A stretch of DNA of 64,000 bases, taken from assembly GCA_028534125.1 (NCBI GenBank), contig CM052827.1, positions 30,380,001-30,444,000 of the forward strand, given 5' to 3'. The position numbers were made by a program, and so were the translations under genes. A model generated the notes under the pieces. That model saw only the letters and a list, made by a program, of their open reading frames with translations, did no database searches and was not told where the DNA came from. This document shows positions 56,482-64,000 of the stretch, piece by piece (the stretch's first letter is position 1; each line of letters begins with the position of its first letter). This DNA is from Lama glama. Taxonomy: Eukaryota.

Positions 56482-56848
56482 TGTTAAAACAAAAACTGAG
56501 GCATACTAAAAATTTTAAGAGCTTATTTGAACAAACATGGGTTTGAATCCGGCAGAACCAGATCAAATGTGGTCAGAGGTACTCCACGGGCAACAAGTAA
56601 GCGAAAGACTTTATAGAGCTTTAGACTTTGAAGCAAAGCAAGGGAATAATCTGACTGGCTACAGCTTAAGCGCTTGCAAGGGAAAGCCTACTTGGCTGTT
56701 TGCGACTGGTTGTTCTTCAGTTTTGACTTTTTAACCTGGAGTCATTCACATGGATTGACTCTGGTTTGCTTTTTGGTTTGTTTCCGTAGGCTGACAAGGC
56801 ATCATGGCCCTCTCAGTCTAATGGCCTCTTTGTTTAATTACTTCAACT
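56482..56848 (-). mobile_element. ERV1 solo LTR of the same family as 51300-51635, opposite orientation
   Basis: The reverse complement contains aattaaacaaagaggccattagactg, aaccagtcgcaaacagccaagtaggctttc and ctcttaaaatttttagtatgcctcagtttttgttttaaca, colinear with the 51.3-kb LTR. Confidence 0.85.
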
Positions 56849-58909
56849 GGACAGAGATACATTGATAGACAGAAGACAGAAGATGTAGGTGTAGATATAA
56901 ATACATATGCACACACAAACATCTTCATAGATACAAACAGACATGCACACATATTTGGTTCTACCCTTGAAATATTTGCTCATCCCTTGTCTTGATGTTT
57001 AACACACTGGTTGTTAGAACCTGAGGTTTGATGACAGATGGACTAGTCGATTGCTAGGTAGAAAGACAGATAAGACTACATTGTAAGTGACGGTACATGC
57101 TTTCATCAGAAGGCTCATAATAACCTATTCGACTCTGTTTTGTGACATTGGCAACTGTTCATCACTTTTACCTAGATTTGTTACAATACAAGGGGTTCAA
57201 CCCCTTTTATGACCAGGAATAATGTTTAATCTAGAGAAGAAAGGATTTGGAAAGATACAGTCTTAGCCACATAGTCTTGAGATGGTGCCCAAACAGAACC
57301 CAGACCATTCATAAGCCATTAAATACAGAAACAGTTCCCATTAGTTGAGATATCTAGAAAAATTTCCACTAGGCTAATAGCTACTGTCCTGCATATTAGA
57401 TTACCTGAGTAGGTATACATAACGTAGTCATATCTGTTATCACTTATTGATTTTTATCTCAACACTGGGCAAAATTATTAGTATTATAGAATCGACGTTT
57501 TTATATATTCTATATTATATAAGATTACAAAGAAATTTCTTACCATTCATAAATAAAAACATTCTTCTTTCTTATGTATAATGTTAGAGTTTATTTTTTT
57601 AATTAAAAAATTGAGAAGCATAGACACCATAGAAAATTATAAAATTAAGATGACGTGGTAACACTAGTAGTAATAATAACAATAGTTCCAAAATCTCACA
57701 CACCACTGAGAACTGTAGTCAGTTTCCTTTCAGATATTTCTTAGACAAATAAATACATACAGAGATAAAAATACATTTAAACTTATTCTACAAGACATAG
57801 AAAGATTTACTGACACTATTTCTTTGACCTTTCCACAACAGATCACCCGGGCCTCTCTGAAGAAGCAGGCTTAGAAATTCACCCTGGAGCGTATCTTGAG
57901 GGCTCTACTTACTTATGCAGATTTATGCCAGGCAGACCTCAGCCTTAGGAGACTGTGTAAAGAAAACCTTTGTTTAGTTTATAAAAGTCCTGCCCTCCCC
58001 CTTAGTGATACATTAAAATCTGAGAAGAGAGAATAATGTCATATGAAGGGCAGTTTGTTTGCTTTGTAGGGAAGTAGACGGCAAATCTCCACTGCATTCC
58101 CGGTAGGACACAGATCAAAGAGGGCAAGTCTGATTGCAGACTAGGACCAGAAGCAGGCAAAGGCCGGATGGCTCTTGAAGTGGGCATCAGGAGCACAGTG
58201 AACGGCGCTGGGCTCAGGAGAGCCTGACCTGCACGCAGTCGCCCTGGGCCTGCTTTCATAAGGGACTCGCCTTGCTCTAACAGCCTGCTGGTGTGCTCTT
58301 GGGATTCTTCATTTCTAAACAAGAGGCTTGCCTTTGTTTTTCACACCGGGCCTTGCCAATTACTTGGCTGGTCCTGGTAGAGACAAGTTGGGTCACAGGA
58401 CAGGTGACAGCAATGAGAGCAAGAGATGAAGGGGTCGTATTATGCTGAATCCATGAGTAGGAGATAGAAAAAGTGTTCTTTCTGTTGACAACTTGCCTTC
58501 TTGGCGGTAATTCTGTGTGTGCGTGTGTGTGCGCACGCGTGCGTGTATATGATGAAAAGAGGTGCCTACGAAGACATGGTAACTTGACAGAGTAACACAT
58601 TGAGTTATTGCCTTTCCTTGAAAAACTAAGATGACAGCAGAGGCTATGTCCTTGTCCTGTAACCTAGGACATGTGGCCCAGTCACTTTACAAGAAATAGT
58701 AGTAGGTAGCTCATGCTGTTCCAGGAAGTCCTCTGCCTTTCCTTAGGAATTTCAACATATACAACTGCTTTAAGTTTTGGGCATATTTCTCCTTTGTTGG
58801 ACATTCATAAAGTTTCAAACCTTAAAACCTACTGTGACCGTAACAGTGGCCTTGGACTCTATAGAAATAGGAAACAAAAAACACAAATAAAAATGAGAGA
58901 GAAAGAGAA

Positions 58910-58932
58910 TGTGTGTGTGTGTGTGTGTGTGT
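58910..58932. repeat. (TG)n microsatellite
   Basis: Pure tg run. Confidence 0.95.
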
Positions 58933-59877
58933 AGGAGAAAGAGAAGAGAGAGAGGTTGAGAGGGAAACAAGTTTTGAGCGAGAATGGATTCCTCCCCTCC
59001 ACACAAATAAGAGTAACTACACAGGAATTCTTGTGAAATCACAGGGAGTTTGGAGACATCAGTAAAGCTCCACTGGATTTCAGTTACTTAGAAGATCTAT
59101 CCGTTGCTCTGCACTCCGGGTCTGCTGAGGACATACAGATTACATTCCACATTTTCCAAACATTAATGAAGTAATCTCTATTTCATAAATATAATCTATG
59201 TTAATAATAATAACAAAATCGTAATATGCACACTTTTCTATAACCTGATAAAAAAAAAAAACTTAAGCATATACTGTGAATTTCTTTTGTATTACTTAGG
59301 CCTAAATCATATTTTACAAATAGCTACATAGTGTCCTGTGGAATGTTGCTACCATAACTGTTACAATTATTTCCTATTTTGAGTGATATGTGCCTTTTTT
59401 TTCTATTTAGTCAACAGATATTTACTGAGCCCAAGACCCTAGCACATTGAGGACAGAAATTAGAGAAAAGAGACATCCTTTCTGACTATAGAGTTTTGAT
59501 GGTCATAAGCAGATAAAAAGAACCATCCCACCATGAATCACCTGCAGGTGGCTATTGCTTCTGAAGTACTTAAAATAATAACAAAACACATTCTGAATGG
59601 GTTAAAATTTAAAATGCTTCTGGGCATGAGAACAGCATATTTCAATGAAAACAGGTTTCCCTATATAAATGTTTTCAGTAACTGGACTCCGCTTAATGAA
59701 GTAGACAATAATAACTTTTTCCATCGCTCTAGACATTTATTGCTTCGTATTTTTCCTTATTGTGAATAACTCTAAGTAAGAGAACAGAGAATAAAGGTCA
59801 CTGTGTCCCCATCTTCCTAGCAACCAGGGCAAAGAAGGAAACAGTATCACAACAGTCTTGTTTACTAAATAATAACA

Positions 59878-59899
59878 AGGAGGAGGAGGAGGAGGAGGA
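59878..59899. repeat. (GAG)n trinucleotide repeat
   Basis: aggaggaggaggaggaggagga. Confidence 0.9.
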
Positions 59900-60064
59900 A
59901 AAGTGACAAATTCATTAAGAACAAGGCATTTTCCCCAAATCTGAATGTTTAAAGAAACTATGGGATGGTTCTGCTTTTAAGAGGAAAGTGTCTCATACTG
60001 GTGATGTCTCTGGAAGAAGGTCCAATAAGTTTACTGAAAACGTTAAGAAAATTTCAGTGCTTAC

Positions 60065-60222
60065 CTTTTTCTATTCTTGCCCAGATTATAGTGTTGTCAG
60101 GGCCATGAAAACTAGACCGGTAATCCTCCCTAAAAAAGCAAGTTATCAACGATCCTACAGTATTTGAACGCAATCCCATGTTGTCCATCACAGAACTCTC
60201 TGCAGATGATCTTGTGGTGATG
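60065..60222 (-). other. Candidate internal exon (158 nt) of an unidentified minus-strand transcript
   Basis: Acceptor tgttctgtctttttaaag| and donor AAG|gtaagc, in non-repeat sequence. One fully open frame: ITTRSSAESSVMDNMGLRSNTVGSLITCFFREDYRSSFHGPDNTIIWARIEK. No homolog recognised. Confidence 0.4.
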
Positions 60223-61008
60223 CTTTAAAAAGACAGAACATCACAAGTGTGTGATGACAGCCTCAGAATAAGCCTTGGCCCAAACATTGGATTTTGAGTT
60301 CTTGGTCAATAGCCTCATAAACATGGAGTCTGTACATTACATTCCTTCTGCTTGCACACAGAACCAACCCCGGGTAGGCACTGAGCTCATACAAATACAA
60401 TAAACTGGCAGAAAACAAACAATAACAACACTTTTTTCTCTTGTGTTGTAAAAACGTACTGTTTGTGAAGTCTTGATGCAGTTGGTTTTTGTTGCATACT
60501 AAAGTTTCTTGGACCTATTTTTACCACAGAAGAAAAATGAGCTGTTTCCGGAGTAGGAAAATTAAGGGAAAACTGCATTACAAAATACACTTTTCTAGTC
60601 AGGGTTTTGGTTGAAAATAGCTGATTCTGATTAATTTAAGAGGAAATGATGTTTACTGGGTGGATACAGGATAGATCACAAAATCCAGAAGGCTAGAGAG
60701 CCAGACTTAGGAAATCGGGAGGAACCAAAGAAGGCTTGGCAATTAATTAACAGCTAGAATCATGTTTTAGGAAAAAACTAGTTGCCATCACCTCCAGGGC
60801 TAGCATGCTATTACTGACCCTGCTGCCACTAGTCAGTGAGGGTCTTTTGCCTCTTGAAGAATTATGTAGAAACAGCCCCCTATTCCTTTGGCTTACCCCT
60901 TTCAAATTCAAAGTCCTGAATTTTAACCTGCTAAATATCGATCTCATGCTTATGTTCTGGCTGTCAAGAGTCAGGGTCCGAAGTATTTGAACGTGTTTGC
61001 TTCTATAC

Positions 61009-61284
61009 NNNNNNNNNNNNNNNNNNNNNNNNNNNNNNNNNNNNNNNNNNNNNNNNNNNNNNNNNNNNNNNNNNNNNNNNNNNNNNNNNNNNNNNNNNNN
61101 NNNNNNNNNNNNNNNNNNNNNNNNNNNNNNNNNNNNNNNNNNNNNNNNNNNNNNNNNNNNNNNNNNNNNNNNNNNNNNNNNNNNNNNNNNNNNNNNNNNN
61201 NNNNNNNNNNNNNNNNNNNNNNNNNNNNNNNNNNNNNNNNNNNNNNNNNNNNNNNNNNNNNNNNNNNNNNNNNNNNNNNNNNNN
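61009..61284. other. Assembly gap (N run)
   Basis: 276 Ns. Confidence 1.
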
Positions 61285-64000
61285 TTCAAATATCATGGAC
61301 CAAACGGGCAAGGGGGAAGGGCAAATGTCCAGTCTCGATAAGAGATCACATTGTCCAAAAGCCTCTTTAGTTGACCCATGCCCCCACCCTATGCTTCCTA
61401 CACACCCTGCATCACCTCCATAGGACCTGCCGCATGGTGTCCAAAGTGACACTCCATGGGTCTGTTTCTCTGGCTAGGACAGTGAGCTCCAAATCGTGAA
61501 GACTACTTCATTTGCCAGCCACATAGTTTGGGGTGAACAACATGCATACTGATTAAGACAGCATATGAATTCGAGTTAGTCTCTCCATCTCACTGAATCA
61601 CAGTTTTTTCTCATCAGTCTCACAGGTGTTAACTAACAATGATGTTACTGTTTTAATGAATCAGTATATGCAGAGTAAGTAACCATACCATGTCTGAAAC
61701 TTAATGTAATTGAATAAGCTAGGCATATTGTTACTGTGGTTTTCTAGTTTTATTTTCATTTCTGTGGTCAATGTAATGTCATTACAATAAATTCCTTTTC
61801 AACTTAAAATTAAACGAAATTGGCTTCTGTTTTCATGTATTTGCAATCAAGCTTCCCAGACCAGATGTCCCCTCCCAACCATCTTTGAAGATGGCTTAAT
61901 CACATCCTTCTCTTTCATATGTAATTATCAAGATCTTACATTTCTTTGCTTTATGTCTTATTCAAACCTCTATTACAATAATTTTAACACTTCTCTGCAC
62001 TCTAATTATTTAAATGCTTGTTCCCTGTTCAGAGATGAACTCTTTGAGGGCAGAAACTCTTTCTGACCTGTTTTTATAAGCTCAACATCTAGTTTAGGAT
62101 TTGGCAACCTGGGAACCCATAAATGGTTGCTGAACCAATGCAAGGCTGTGAAGGCTACACAGTGTCACATATCTGTGACACTAGTGTCCAGTGTGGTGAA
62201 CAACACCTAAGTGGTCTCAGTGACTGTCCCCAGAATTGCATGGGAGAAAGCTTTGCTTAGCTAAGTGGACAGTCATCCTCACCTTTCTGCATGGAACTGC
62301 ATAGCTGTCTGCAAACCACTCCTTTATTTAGTTGGCTATAACATCTGTTTATTTATCTATCATGTCTTCATAAAATCATATAATTCCTGAAGACAGGGAA
62401 TACATTTTAAACTCTGGCTCCAGCTTGAAACACATAACACATCCTATGGGGTTGCTGTAAATATTAATTGACTCTAATTTGGTAACTGTCAGAATTTGAA
62501 CGTCATGTATATTCTATCATAGGGAATCAAACATATACCACAGAACCACAAAAGAAATTAAAACCTCTCCATAGTGATCCCATAGTTCCTAATTTGTGCT
62601 GTAAATGTAAGATTTTGCACTTACAAGGCTTCACATTGTTGTAGGATTTTTTTTTAAAGCTAATGTAATGTCTTTATCACTACTCAGATGCTAAAAAGTA
62701 ACTTTAAAATGAGTATCTGCAAGAAAACACTACACTAAGAGAGGAACAAAGAGTTATAGTATCAATAGGTTTCTATGAATATGTTCAACATAATTTTAAC
62801 CAGACATTTAAAGTAATTGAGTTGTGAAGTTTTGTTATGTTTCTTATCAAGCTCATATTCCAGAAAATAGTTATCAATTAAAAAATACTCTTCCAATAAT
62901 AGAGATAATATAATTTATGTTTCATATATCCTGAGGAAGGTTCAACAAAGAAAAGCTAAAAAGTCATTTTCACTAAAATAATGTTCAAAAATTGCTTTAG
63001 TCTCATATTGTTAAGCACATAGAAGAATGGAGACATCTAATACATTCAGACCTAAAAGGTGCATACATGTGTTTCACAAGTAAGCAGTTCATTTAGAATC
63101 GATCCAAAATCATTGAATATACATCATCCTTGACGTTTCAATTGTTCACTTAAAATACCAATTGGAAAATATAGTAATTCTCTGACTCTAGTTCACCCCT
63201 GCTGTTACTGGGTGACATTTCAAATTACATATTTGTCATTCTTTTCCTTCTCTTTTGTATCACAAATAGATTGAGCAAAGTAAAGAGAATACATTTTAAA
63301 TCTTAGGTATTCCCTTTGAGAGGATTTTCATAATATTTGTCATTGCATTTTAATTTGTAGTAATAGCAGTTATGAATAAAACATTTACAAATGCGTGGAA
63401 CATACATTTTCAATTCTAACTCAATCTCTCTCTCTCTCCGTTTCTCCTCCCACCCACCTCCCAATACAGTCGTTTTCCAGGCTGTCAAAAGATGGATGGT
63501 CTCCAGGGCGAGTTTGTCATAAAAGGTAAGATCAAACCAACAGAAAAAAAAAAGAAATACAAGGAGCCTGTGCACTGAGCCAGGCAGTGCAAGAGTCAGT
63601 GGCAGGTTCTCCAAAGTAATCTGACGGACTTCATTTGTCTCCCTGTTGCACGAGTCATGGTATCACATGTCATGACTTCCCACCATGCTCCTGCCTTGCT
63701 CCTCCCTCCCCTGCTCCAGGTGCTCCCTGCTGGGGGCCCCACTGAGGCCAGAGAACATCCAGAGAATTTCCAAAAAGAATCTGACTTTTAGGAGCTTGTA
63801 AAAAGGACTGCTTCTCTGCTCATCTCTCTGCCAAAGAGCTGTCACTTTCTTGGAAAGTTAAATTTGTCACAAGGAAAGAGAATTTCACCATAGCCTGTTT
63901 AAATAAGTTAGGGAGTAGAATCTTCTCCCCAGCGCTTTTTCCACAGCAAGCAAATGTATCAATCATTTTATTCTCTGAAATAACAATTTATTATCCATGC

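Noticed and set aside
62161-62182. Hairpin agtgtcaca-tatc-tgtgacact
   Set aside because: Only a 9-bp stem, with no supporting context.
1-64000. Prokaryote-type systems (CRISPR arrays, operons, defence islands), rRNA or tRNA genes, and internal ERV gag/pol/env
   Set aside because: The sequence is mammalian. I saw no regularly spaced repeats, long ORFs, structural-RNA matches or paired direct LTRs.

Overview
This is eukaryotic, AT-rich, CpG-poor placental-mammal DNA (intergenic or intronic) from a draft assembly, with two N gaps (2646-2792 and 61009-61284). No intact protein-coding gene is recognisable. Most of the ORF track is chance ORFs or decayed L1 ORF1/ORF2 sequence. The clearest gene-derived feature is a processed SNRPG pseudogene on the minus strand (~5489-5920). 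Most of the window is old interspersed repeat: L2/MIR, L1MB/MC/ME-type LINEs, MaLR/ERVL/ERV1 solo LTRs (several nested) and MER5-type DNA elements. An ancient MER121-like conserved element sits at 7563-7793. Worth following up are a chain of minus-strand exon-like segments at 53-61 kb (possible lncRNA or 88-97 aa micro-ORF), a ~70-nt hairpin with three CAGCTG E-boxes at 44.0 kb, a MEIS/PBX-HOX motif cluster at 63.5 kb, and local AT-to-GC/CpG-gain tracts inside old repeats. I saw no young lineage-specific SINEs; with the LTR types present this hints at a laurasiatherian, possibly camelid, genome (inference). I found no evidence for a novel multi-gene system. Repeat family names are from recall of consensus sequences and need RepeatMasker/Dfam confirmation.
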